NCBI GenBank assembly: GCA_918797485.1
Contig: CAKKNE010000001.1
Coordinates: forward strand, 930,001 to 994,000
Source: Pelagomonas calceolata
Taxonomy: Eukaryota
Length of the DNA: 64,000 nt
Reading direction: 5' to 3'
In this document: positions 9,935 through 19,442 of the stretch, piece by piece
Numbering within the stretch: the first letter of the stretch is position 1
How the letters are laid out: every line of letters begins with the position of its first letter
Translations under genes and position numbers: made by a program
Notes under the pieces: model-generated
What the model saw: the letters and a program-made list of their open reading frames with translations, nothing else
Databases searched by the model: none
What the model was told of the DNA's origin: nothing

Positions 9935-11767
9935 TTAGAGCAGCGCGGCGACCACCGCGATGAGAACGGCCCCGGACGCCGCCGCGCGCGTCGACGCGGC
10001 GTCGGCGTCCTTGCACGAGCAACTTCCGTCGCACGATCCGTCACAGTCACTGTTGCATTCCTCATCACAGCCCATGTTGCAGTTTTGGTCGCAGTCGTAG
10101 TTACAGCCGTAATCGTAGTCGTCGCAGTAATTTCCCTCGGAGTCTTCGTCGCAGTCTTCGTTACAACTGTCATCGCAACCCTCATTGCATTGGTCGCACG
10201 AGCCGTCGCAATTACTGTCGCACTGATACTCCTCGGTGGAGAGGCAGCCGTCCGCATCCGTCCAGGAGATCGCGATCTTCTGGCCGTCTTCGCAGTGGCT
10301 GCTCACCGCGCAGCCAAAATACTTGGTCGTCGCCGCGGTCGTCGGCGCCGCCACGTCCACGGTCTGCACCGACGTCGATGCCTTCTCCACGGCGCCGGCG
10401 AAGTTGCACGAATTGTAGTCGGCCTCGCTGGCAAACTCCCAGACGTCGTGGTTGTCGGTCCACGTGAACGTTACAGTGGTTCCAGCGGCAACAGTCAACG
10501 TGTTGGCGCTGGCCGACGGGTGCATGGCCTCCCAATTAACATCCGCCGTGGTGGCGCGGCGGCGCGTCGCGCCGGACACGAATGCGTACTCGTCGCACGC
10601 GCCCGCGTCGAGCACGGCGGGCTGCGAGCCCAGCGACTTCGGGGACTCAAACGTGGCTCGCACGGCATCGACAAACCGGTCGTCGTCCGCCAGAGCTTGG
10701 GCCAGGTCCTCGTCGCCGCCCAGCGCGTCGACGAGTGCCTTCGCGAGCGCATCGCGCTGCTGGTAGGCGTCGCGGCCGGGCACCGCCTGGCCGTTGTCGA
10801 AGCCTAGGGTCCACGTCGGGAACGCGCGGCGCCACGGCACGGCGCTCGCGTCGCCCGCGGCCTCGAGGGTCTTCAGGGCGCGTTTGGCTCGCGCGCGCCG
10901 CGTCGGCGGGGCCTTCTGGCCGCGAAATACTGAAAAGAGGCGCCGGTTCGCCCAGCCGCTCTCGGCGCCAAACAGCCCCGGGCGGTCGAGCAGCTCGTCG
11001 AAGACCCGGCGCCAGGTCACGCGCTTCAGGCCGACCGTGAGGTGGGCGCTGTCGTCGGTCGCGACGGCCGAGTGGGCGACGCCCTTCGGGAGGTATAGCG
11101 AGTCGCCGGGCGCGAGCACGTAGGTCTCGCAAGACAGCTCCGGCTCGTCGCGGAGCTCCTGCTCGAACTGCGAGCAGCCGTGGGAGCCGCGCTCCGCCTC
11201 CAGCAGCTCCGCGCGGAAGGCGGTGGAGGCGAACGGAGCCTTGTCATTCGACGGCGCGCAGACCTGCCACTCCTTCGACCCGCTGAGCTGGGCCACCAGG
11301 ACGTCCGTCGTGTCCGTGTGCGGCGGGAGGGCCTTGCCGCCGCTGCCGGTGACGTAGACGTGCATCGACGCCGCGGTCTTGAAGCGGTCGGCCACGTCGT
11401 GCCAGGCGCCGACCAGAGGGGCAGCCGCCGGCTCGGCGAGCGCGGCGTCGCTCAGCTTTTCGTACTTGACCACGAACGAGCCGCCGTCCTCGAGGTGGTG
11501 CGCGCAGCCCTCGTGGGAGCTGGGCATTTTCACCTTGTCGCCCGTGGGCGACCTAGCATCCGTGGCCGAGGCTGCGGCGTAGATGGACTGCGGCGTCGCG
11601 AGGTCCGCGAGCGCGGCCAGGTACGCGGCGTCGTCGGGCTGCGCCGCGGCGGGAATGAACAGGGGCTCATGGTCGAAAGCTTCATCAAACTCGGCCGGCA
11701 GCTGGGAGAAGAGCTTGCGCTGGGCATTTGCTGTGGTCAGCGCGACGGCGAGGAGCGTGCGGCGCAT
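9935..11767 (-). CDS. Secreted JmjC/cupin_4 oxygenase fused to cupredoxin domain and Cys-rich repeats
   Basis: Signal peptide; PHTDTTDVLVAQLSGSKEW, PGDSLYLPKGVAH; HDVW..YFGCAVSSHCEDGQK; CDxxC repeats; hydrophobic C-terminus. Confidence 0.82.
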   Translation of the reverse strand: MRRTLLAVALTTANAQRKLFSQLPAEFDEAFDHEPLFIPAAAQPDDAAYLAALADLATPQSIYAAASATDARSPTGDKVKMPSSHEGCAHHLEDGGSFVVKYEKLSDAALAEPAAAPLVGAWHDVADRFKTAASMHVYVTGSGGKALPPHTDTTDVLVAQLSGSKEWQVCAPSNDKAPFASTAFRAELLEAERGSHGCSQFEQELRDEPELSCETYVLAPGDSLYLPKGVAHSAVATDDSAHLTVGLKRVTWRRVFDELLDRPGLFGAESGWANRRLFSVFRGQKAPPTRRARAKRALKTLEAAGDASAVPWRRAFPTWTLGFDNGQAVPGRDAYQQRDALAKALVDALGGDEDLAQALADDDRFVDAVRATFESPKSLGSQPAVLDAGACDEYAFVSGATRRRATTADVNWEAMHPSASANTLTVAAGTTVTFTWTDNHDVWEFASEADYNSCNFAGAVEKASTSVQTVDVAAPTTAATTKYFGCAVSSHCEDGQKIAISWTDADGCLSTEEYQCDSNCDGSCDQCNEGCDDSCNEDCDEDSEGNYCDDYDYGCNYDCDQNCNMGCDEECNSDCDGSCDGSCSCKDADAASTRAAASGAVLIAVVAALL

Positions 11768-12026
11768 GGTATAATTTTTGGTTCTTTGTTAAGGCTGCCC
11801 CGACAGCACATTGGTGCAACTCGAATCGAGCGCGTGCGGGGCGCGCCGTCGGGCGCGGTCGAATGGAATATACGCTTCAGTAATCCTCCGACGACGAGGA
11901 TTCGTTCTCCTAGGGAAGGCGCCCCGTCGCGACGACGACCGCATCTGACGACCGCGGCCGCCGTGGCGCGGAGGAACTACAACTTGCAGCTTGATCGACG
12001 CTTAAGTAAGTCACCACACTAGTAAG

Positions 12027-13070
12027 TTACACGACGGCGTCGGCCGCCGCCAGGACGTCGCCGGCATCCAAGCGCCCCGAGTGGTCGCTATCCAAGTGAT
12101 CGAACGCCTGTACGCACGGCCGGATGTCGTCCTTGTCAATTTTGTCGAGTTTGAGAAGCATCGAGAGGACGAATTCGGTTTTCGAGCAGCTCGTCGCCGA
12201 GTCACACAAGCCTTGAGAGTGGGCGTACCGCAGAATTTCGGCGAACTCCTCTCCATCGAGGTGGTCGCCGTACTGCTCGAGGACCTTCTTCTCCAGTCGT
12301 TTCCGGCGCGCCTCGAGGGGCAGGCCCGCGATGTCTCCTAATGATTTCGCCATCAACACCGTGCCCACGAGCAGGAAAACACAAGCAAAGGCCTTGCCCG
12401 CGAACGTTTCGGGCGCGACGTCGCCATATCCCACCGTCGTCACCGAGACGCAGCACCAGTAGAACGCTGTCAATAGAGAAACGTGTTCCAGGCGCTCGAA
12501 GATGAGCGTGCCTCCGAGCAGTACCAGCACCAATTGGGCTGCCGAGACCACACACTTCGCCTGGGCCGGCGACAGGGCTTTCTTGCCTAGTAAACTGGGC
12601 CTCCTCCGGACCGTTTCTGTTGTTTGCTGCCTGCTTAGTCGTTCAGCTAGCTCGTCTTCTCTATCTAAAATCGCCGATAGGACGACGCCGACGGCAGCAC
12701 CAATAATACCCACACCCAGCAACACAAACAGCGCCGTAAACAACTTGTCCTGCGACGTGTCGACTAATTTGTAGTCGCCGTTGACGTCTCCGTACCCTAC
12801 TGTTGTTATAGTTACGACCGTGAAGTAGAGCGCATCAATAAGTGTGAACTTCTCCGGCGCGGCCAGGTACGAGTAGTACAGCACCCCAAGCACGAAGTAG
12901 GCTAATACCAATAGCGCGGCGTAGCACTGCGGGCTCCTGTCCGACGCGTCGAGGTCGCTGATGCTGATGGAGTGGAAATGATTGAGCTGCGGCCTTGTGG
13001 GCGTCGGCGGATCAGCGGGTGGTTGCGCGTTGTCGAGGAGGGCGTTGCGCTCCGGGCGGCGGGCGAACAT
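12027..13070 (-). CDS. Two-pore potassium channel (TPK-like) with EF-hand
   Basis: Two TTVGYGD pore loops, 4 TMs, C-terminal FDHLDSDHSGRLD. Confidence 0.93.
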   Translation of the reverse strand: MFARRPERNALLDNAQPPADPPTPTRPQLNHFHSISISDLDASDRSPQCYAALLVLAYFVLGVLYYSYLAAPEKFTLIDALYFTVVTITTVGYGDVNGDYKLVDTSQDKLFTALFVLLGVGIIGAAVGVVLSAILDREDELAERLSRQQTTETVRRRPSLLGKKALSPAQAKCVVSAAQLVLVLLGGTLIFERLEHVSLLTAFYWCCVSVTTVGYGDVAPETFAGKAFACVFLLVGTVLMAKSLGDIAGLPLEARRKRLEKKVLEQYGDHLDGEEFAEILRYAHSQGLCDSATSCSKTEFVLSMLLKLDKIDKDDIRPCVQAFDHLDSDHSGRLDAGDVLAAADAVV

Positions 13071-13360
13071 TTTGCGTGGCTGAGACCAGGAGCGGCTGCT
13101 GGGCTGTGTTTCTCTGCGCGAGACGGCGTTTCGAGCCGTTTCTTTGCTCTGCCGATGAGTTTGATGGTCCCTGGTGCCAGCGGAGACGAGCAGTCGTTGC
13201 GGAGAGTCTCAGCGCGCCGAATTGGCAGCTTTAGCGGAGATGGCTGTGGAGAGCAGACCTCCATCTGAGAGAGCAGAGCTCCCGCATAAATTGACCCCTG
13301 CCATCCAAATTTCTCACGGGCGCCAAACAAGCATATCTGAAGCTGTCGGCATCGGCAAAA

Positions 13361-14071
13361 ATGCGCACGCATGCGTTGACGCTGTCTACAGCCCTCTGCT
13401 CTCTCTGCAGCACTGCTGCCGTGCGCACGTCTCACGCGCCGACGGCATGTGGCGAGCGCCAGGCGAGCCGCCGGCACTGGCTGCACACAGCCGCGTTCGG
13501 CGCAGGACTCGGCACCGCGGTGCCCGCTCGCGCACTGGACGCGCTCCCCGCGACCGTGCGGAAATACACCGCCTTGGCGCCGCTCGGCTCCGCAACTGCA
13601 ACTCTGGGTGGCGCGAAACGCATCTGTCTGAGCGAGGTGCTGCCCGAGTGCCTGCCGCTGCTCGCCAAGACGTTGGCGAGGGATATCGAAAAGGGTGCTA
13701 CGGGCAAAGGAGGCTATCCCATCAGCGGCGACCTGACCCCGGAAATATTCAGGGACGATTGTCGGTTCGTGGACCCGACGAACGACGTCACGTCCCTAGC
13801 AAAGTACCGCAAAGCGCTCACGATCCTCTTCGATCCAAATGAGTCCAGTGTCACCCTGGTGAAGGGTCCTATCATCGACGAAGCCAAGCGCACGATCTCG
13901 GCGACGGTCCGAAGCGTCGGCACGCTGCAGCTGCCCTGGCGGCCGAAGATCGAGCCCTGGGAGTCGTACTTGGTCTGGAAGATTGATGGAGATGGATTAA
14001 TAGAACAGCAGTCCCAGACGTGGAACGTCACCGCCACATCCGCTCTCAAACAAACTTTTAGTATAAGATAA
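13361..14071 (+). CDS. DUF2358/NTF2-like protein
   Basis: ISGDLTPEIFRDDCRFVDPT, GTLQLPWRP. Confidence 0.7.
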   Translation: MRTHALTLSTALCSLCSTAAVRTSHAPTACGERQASRRHWLHTAAFGAGLGTAVPARALDALPATVRKYTALAPLGSATATLGGAKRICLSEVLPECLPLLAKTLARDIEKGATGKGGYPISGDLTPEIFRDDCRFVDPTNDVTSLAKYRKALTILFDPNESSVTLVKGPIIDEAKRTISATVRSVGTLQLPWRPKIEPWESYLVWKIDGDGLIEQQSQTWNVTATSALKQTFSIR

Positions 14072-14074
14072 CCT

Positions 14075-14527
14075 TTATGCCGACCACACCCCGTACTGTT
14101 TGAGGGCACCGTCGCGCGTGCCCGTCCCGAAGCCCACGATGGGCCGCGTCGGTTTGGTAGAATTCACCTGCTTGCCCGTCGCGCCGGGGAGCCAGTACTT
14201 GGGGCCCGGGCTTCGAGAGGGCTCCAATTTGAACCGGTCGAACTGGGCGAACGTGGCGTTGCCGCCGCTTTTCATGTGCGGCCAGCTCACCTTCTGCGGG
14301 CCCAAACAGGACAGGTTGCAGAACCGGAAATCACAGCCTCCCTTCTCGTAGATTACTGCTGTTTTTCCTGTTGGTCTGGGTACGGCGGCTTGCAGAGGCC
14401 CAAAGTACTTCTTACTTTGTTCATATTTGCCCTTCGGCTTCGTGAGCGTGAAGTTCGCTCCACTTACAGTGGAAGCGGACGTGAGGTTGGGGACGGACGT
14501 TTGTATCAAGCTGCCGCGGGTGGTCAT
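14075..14527 (-). CDS. SHIPPO/ODF3-like flagellar protein
   Basis: SPGPKY motif, GKQVNSTKP, FGTGTRD. Confidence 0.5.
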   Translation of the reverse strand: MTTRGSLIQTSVPNLTSASTVSGANFTLTKPKGKYEQSKKYFGPLQAAVPRPTGKTAVIYEKGGCDFRFCNLSCLGPQKVSWPHMKSGGNATFAQFDRFKLEPSRSPGPKYWLPGATGKQVNSTKPTRPIVGFGTGTRDGALKQYGVWSA

Positions 14528-15157
14528 AGCGCCTCGCTTTGCTCGCGGCGACGGCGCGGGGCTCAACAGCGCCTCTGTGTCTGAGGCCGCGTTGTGCCTT
14601 CGCAGGGCCAGCGGCGGCAGCGGGGCAGCGCAGGACCTGGGCTCGAGGTTGTTGTGATGGCGTGCGACCGGCGTATGGGTCTGCAGGTGGCCGGGGAGGG
14701 CCGAACGATGGCCTTTGCACGTAGCGCTGATGAGAGGCTTTTGAGCCTCTCTGGCCGGGGAGGGGGGTTAAAAAAATGCAATCGAAGCGAGAGGAGGACC
14801 CAGGGAACGGTAGCGAGGGCTCCGAGAGGTAGAAATGAAGGGTTGGGCTTGGGGCTCCCCGCACTGTTTGGCATTGCGTCGGGCGGCGGACGGCACAGAT
14901 TCCCCACGCGGGGCAGGCGCGCACGGTGCGTCGCCGCGTCGGACGCGTTTTTGCCAAGCGCAGCAGGCGGGCCATCCATAACTTGCGCCGCAATCAATCC
15001 AGGGGCAGCCACCAAGACCAAAACTGCTGTTCCACAGCTACCGCGAAGCGCAAGCTACGCCGCCGCGGGACTGCCAACCGGGTAGTCTAACCCCGCGGCG
15101 ACCGCACGCAAAAGCATCAAGCTCAACTTCGGCCGCGCTGCTGTTCCACAACACACA

Positions 15158-18100
15158 ATGGACCCGGCCCACGTCGACGCCCTGATCGGCAGCGCCACGG
15201 AGACGGAAGACGACGAGGAGGAGCTGGTGGTCGTCGAAGAGCGCACCGACAGCGGCTCCCCGACAAGTGGCGAGTACGAAGAGTACGAGGAGTTCGAGGA
15301 GGTCTCGGCGTCGAGCGAGGGGGCTGCGGCGCCTGAACAACTGGAGGCGGACTTCGGCGAGATGCGCGGGAAGCTGGCCGCGCTGCGAGCTCGGATGGAG
15401 GCGAAGCCTCCACCCCGACCGGCCTCGGACGCGTCGCTGGACCAGGCGGCGTCGCCCACCTTCCAGGCGGCGGCGCCGTCGGACCAGCCCTCGTCCCCGA
15501 CACCGGAGGACTCTCATGACACCCACCTCTCGGCCGCGAAAACGCTACCGCGGCGCTACGCCGTCAAGGCGCCCGGCGCGTTGATCAGAGCGGGCGTGGA
15601 CATGGCCTCGGCCAAAGTGAGGCAATTGGCGCCCCACGACATGATCGTGGTCGAGGAAGTGAGCGTCGCTCCGGAGGGCGTGCCGCGCTGTAGGATTTCA
15701 ATGCCCGTGGCAGGCTGGCTCAGTTGCAAGTGCGTGCAAGGTGGCGAGGCGCTAGCTGTCATTGCCATGAGGCCGCCGACGCCGCCTGGAGTGGAAGAAA
15801 CCAAGACGTCAAGGCGGGACCCGCTGCGCGACAAGCGCGCCGACCCCCAAAGTCCGCCGAACGTGCCGCCGCCTCCCAAAAGTCCACCTCCAACATTGGA
15901 CATCTCGCCCGCCACAAGCCCGGAGACGCCCCAGAAGATGGAGGCCCTCCAGGAGGCTGCCGAGAAAATTGTGGAGGAGAATCAAGAAGAAAGAAGGGCG
16001 AAAGCCCGCGAGGACATCCTCGCCTTCTACGCTAGACACAACGCCGAGAAGGTGCCCGGCGCGGATAAGCTCATCGAGAAGTACAAGGAGCAGGGCGTCC
16101 ACGAGCCCGAGTTATTAGACGCGATTGTCAAAAAATATACCAGAGAGGGCCGCCTCGTGCCCGAGGAGGAGCCGTCGGCGCCGCTGTCGCCGGACCTCAA
16201 GAGCCCTTCCCTCAAGGTGCCGGTCACGCCAGCAGAAGCCGCGCGTATGAGAGCTGTGGTCTTACCGAAGGACGAAATAAGCGTGGCGCCCTCTCCTTCT
16301 CGGAGCCCGATGAGCCGCCGGAAACACGTATTTCCCTCGCCAACAGTCGCGCGGAAGCTCGACGCCGAACCGCGGGAGATCAACAAACCGGCCGACGCGA
16401 AGGCGCCGACGTACGAAAGGAAACCTTTGGGGGAGGACAGTCCGTTGAGGCGAGCCTGGGCCAAGGGCCTGACGCCGTCGTCGCCGGCGGCGGTCCCGAA
16501 GAAGGACGCCGTGAATGCTTCTCCCATCGTAGACCGTGTTCCCCTGAAGCAGGACCGCGGGGCCGATCCTGAGGCCTTGTTAGACGCGGTCTTCGGCGGC
16601 GGCGATGATGACGGCGGCGCGACGCCGGCGCGGTCCGAGCCCCCGCGGACGCCGGTGTCCTCGGTGTTGCTGAGGAGCGCCAAATCGCCGGAGCACCCTT
16701 TGTCTGCCGGTAAAGGCGGCGTCGAGGCGGGCGGCGGCCCGCCGGGCTCGCCCTGGTCGCCCGGCGCGGCCGCGGCGCCGGCGGTGGCGGCAGCGGTCGC
16801 GGTGGCGGCGCCGGCCGCGTCCGGCGAGGCCGCGGCGCCCGCCGCGGCCGCGGCCACCACGCCGGCCGCACAACCGGCCGAGACCGCCCGGACGCCGACG
16901 TCGCAAGCGTCGTCGGAACAAAAGGCGGCGCCGGCCGCGGTCGCACCGCCGGCCGCACAACCGGCCGAGACCGCCCGGACGCCGACGTCGCAAGCGTCGT
17001 CGGAACAGAAGCCGTCCTCGTCAAAGTCCAAGGACACGCCGTCGGCGGCGTCGGCGACCGACAGCGCGGTACTCCCAGCCGACGCGGCCGCGGCCATAGC
17101 AAGGGCCAGGGCCGAGGCGAACGCGCCGCAGCAGCCCTTCGCATCAGCACCGATACCCCCGGCGCCGACGCCACTAGGTGACGAAGCCTTGCGGGCGGCC
17201 TTTGAGAGTGCGGACGCGAATAGCAACGGCGAGGTGTCCATCATCGAGGCCATCAAAGCCCTACGGGCCAACGCGGACTTTGCGCGAGCTTTAGGCTTGG
17301 AGCCGCAGCACGTCAAGCAGGAGGATGGATCTAGAGACAAGTTCATAAGGGCCTTCGGGGCCTTCGACGGCGACGGAGACAAGCGGCTGACCTTCTCGGA
17401 ATTTAGAGCAGGTTACCGCGCGCTTGTGGAACAACGGGAGAACGAAGAAAAACAGCACCGCCGCAGCGACTCGCAGGAGCGGTTTGCCAATAGATTGAAA
17501 TTCTGGGGCGGGTCTCCTGGAAGTTCTCCTTCACCGTCACCAGTACCAGCATTAGCGATCGAAGCAGCGCGACCGTCGCGCCTGACGTTCCCGACGTCGG
17601 ACAGCCCGGCCTCGCATCGTCGTGAAGAGTCTTTTGGGGATGACGTCGCGTTCCTCGCGCGCGTTGCTGGAAGTAGGCGGTCGTCGGAACGGTCCGACCC
17701 GCCCGCTTCTCGCCGGTCGTCGGAGCGGTCCGACCCGGCCCCGGCGCCCGTCGAGCCCGACTCCGACGACGAGTCCTCTGGAAGTTCGGCGGTCATCGAG
17801 CTGCCCGTGCACCGGCCGCAAGCTTCTACCACTTCTCCTACGGTGATTCCCAAGCTCTCATTTGTAAAACCGGCAACCCCAGAGCTGCCACCACCGCCAC
17901 CACCACCTCCAGAAGAACCAACGAGGGACACGACGCCCGTCGCGCGGCACGATTCTGGACCCGTCTTCGAACCGATCGACGCCGTGTCGCCGTTGTCCGC
18001 GGCGTCGCCCTTTAGATTGAATCGGCGGCCGCGCTTCTGGGACAAATCACCTGATGTGAAGCGACCGAAGCCGCAGAAGCCCAAGAAGGTTTTACTCGAA

Positions 18101-18460
18101 AAGAGGACGAACTACATGCGGTTCGGAGCCACAAAACTCGACAAAAAGTCCAAAAGGCCCTCGCCGACCATACCCTTATCGCCGGCCACGCGCAAATCCA
18201 AAAAACAGAACCTAGATTACTTCGACGAGACGGCGGCGGCGCGCTGTTACACGGAGGGGCTGCGCATGGCCGAGGACGCCCGTGATTTATTTGAAAGGTT
18301 GATTGCCGACGACCCCGCGTCTCCTCCTCAATCGCCCGCTTCCACGCGGTCGGAAGCTTTTTCAATGAAGTCTCCGGTGAAGACGGCGCCGGCCTGGAAG
18401 ATGGGCTATACGAACACGGCGCACGAGCTCCGGCCGAAGTTTAGAGGTGGCGCGGTTTGA
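15158..18460 (+). CDS. Large Pro/Ser/Ala-rich protein with SH3-like segment and EF-hand pair
   Basis: 1100-aa ORF; IRAGVDMAS..RCRISMPVAGWLS; DANSNGEVSIIE and DGDGDKRLTFSEF. Confidence 0.8.
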   Translation: MDPAHVDALIGSATETEDDEEELVVVEERTDSGSPTSGEYEEYEEFEEVSASSEGAAAPEQLEADFGEMRGKLAALRARMEAKPPPRPASDASLDQAASPTFQAAAPSDQPSSPTPEDSHDTHLSAAKTLPRRYAVKAPGALIRAGVDMASAKVRQLAPHDMIVVEEVSVAPEGVPRCRISMPVAGWLSCKCVQGGEALAVIAMRPPTPPGVEETKTSRRDPLRDKRADPQSPPNVPPPPKSPPPTLDISPATSPETPQKMEALQEAAEKIVEENQEERRAKAREDILAFYARHNAEKVPGADKLIEKYKEQGVHEPELLDAIVKKYTREGRLVPEEEPSAPLSPDLKSPSLKVPVTPAEAARMRAVVLPKDEISVAPSPSRSPMSRRKHVFPSPTVARKLDAEPREINKPADAKAPTYERKPLGEDSPLRRAWAKGLTPSSPAAVPKKDAVNASPIVDRVPLKQDRGADPEALLDAVFGGGDDDGGATPARSEPPRTPVSSVLLRSAKSPEHPLSAGKGGVEAGGGPPGSPWSPGAAAAPAVAAAVAVAAPAASGEAAAPAAAAATTPAAQPAETARTPTSQASSEQKAAPAAVAPPAAQPAETARTPTSQASSEQKPSSSKSKDTPSAASATDSAVLPADAAAAIARARAEANAPQQPFASAPIPPAPTPLGDEALRAAFESADANSNGEVSIIEAIKALRANADFARALGLEPQHVKQEDGSRDKFIRAFGAFDGDGDKRLTFSEFRAGYRALVEQRENEEKQHRRSDSQERFANRLKFWGGSPGSSPSPSPVPALAIEAARPSRLTFPTSDSPASHRREESFGDDVAFLARVAGSRRSSERSDPPASRRSSERSDPAPAPVEPDSDDESSGSSAVIELPVHRPQASTTSPTVIPKLSFVKPATPELPPPPPPPPEEPTRDTTPVARHDSGPVFEPIDAVSPLSAASPFRLNRRPRFWDKSPDVKRPKPQKPKKVLLEKRTNYMRFGATKLDKKSKRPSPTIPLSPATRKSKKQNLDYFDETAAARCYTEGLRMAEDARDLFERLIADDPASPPQSPASTRSEAFSMKSPVKTAPAWKMGYTNTAHELRPKFRGGAV
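16861..17007 (+). repeat. 60-bp direct repeat within CDS (PAAQPAETARTPTSQASSEQ x2)
   Basis: Matching copies at 16861-16920 and 16948-17007. Confidence 0.9.
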
Positions 18461-18496
18461 CGACCTGTAAGTAGTAGTTTACAACGCACGGCACGG

Positions 18497-19324
18497 ATGG
18501 ATCCGATTCATTTTGTAGGCGTGCGCCGCTATCGACGCGCAAAGGCTCTCAAACCTGTGGCTCAGGCTAGTTACGTCGCAGGGTCCCCCTTACCCTGCCC
18601 TCGAGCGGCGCTTCTTTCGAACGGAACCTTTGTGGCACCCTTCCCGGCAGGAGATTTTGTCGAAACCATCGATGTTCCGGGCTCGATTGCCTCTTTCGGT
18701 TTCTTCAAGGGAGACTGGGCCGTCATGCGATTCTATGGCCCGCTCGAGTTCGACGAAGAGTCGCGCAATGTCTCTTTTACTTTTAGGCGGACCGAGCTGT
18801 TCGGCGGCGCCATCGCCTGGAATTACCCTGACGATATGAACCTTCCTGACATCTCTTTCCCACTTATTGACTGTGACGGTCAAGTAGCGCTGTTCAAAGG
18901 CCCGAAAGAAACGTTCGTGCTGTTGGAGCGGGCTGAGGCGCCCTTGACGAGCTGGAAATATCGTGGCCTCCCCGCTGACAGCGAAGACGGCAAGTGGTAC
19001 TCGCAAGACCGCAAGGGATCGATCCAAGGCAATGTCGCGGGCCTGGGCTTGGCCTTGGCCGGCGGCTCCGCGGCCCTCGTTTTAGGTTTGCAGGTAGGCT
19101 TGGTCGCGACTCTCGCCGCAATCGCCTTGGTGGGCCTTGTCCTCCTTCCCAACCTTGGCGATGTTGGTTCTCTTCTAGGATACTCCCCGGGCACGACGTC
19201 CGCCTGGACCAGAGATGAAGGGTGGACCGTGACCTATCCAAATGGGACGGTTTCCAAACAGGAAGGTGACGGGTGGACCACAAGCATTGGAGGCGCTGAA
19301 TCCAAAGACGACGAAGATGACTAG
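18497..19324 (+). CDS. Hypothetical membrane protein
   Basis: 275-aa ORF with C-terminal hydrophobic helices; start uncertain. Confidence 0.55.
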   Translation: MDPIHFVGVRRYRRAKALKPVAQASYVAGSPLPCPRAALLSNGTFVAPFPAGDFVETIDVPGSIASFGFFKGDWAVMRFYGPLEFDEESRNVSFTFRRTELFGGAIAWNYPDDMNLPDISFPLIDCDGQVALFKGPKETFVLLERAEAPLTSWKYRGLPADSEDGKWYSQDRKGSIQGNVAGLGLALAGGSAALVLGLQVGLVATLAAIALVGLVLLPNLGDVGSLLGYSPGTTSAWTRDEGWTVTYPNGTVSKQEGDGWTTSIGGAESKDDEDD

Positions 19325-19442
19325 ACGCAGCCCGCGCGCGCCTCGCCGCAAGTCCCCGACGGGTCCCCTGGAGACCCCCCGCCACCCGCGCATTCGTTAA
19401 GGTTACAAGCTTCTTACTCTATATAGGAACAAACAATCTAGT

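Noticed and set aside
14421..15085. Several 150-190-aa ORFs in a divergent intergenic region
   Set aside because: No motifs and atypical composition; probably UTR or promoter sequence
16027..17382. 451-aa antisense ORF and many similar overlapping ORFs
   Set aside because: Expected in high-GC DNA with few stop codons; no recognisable motifs
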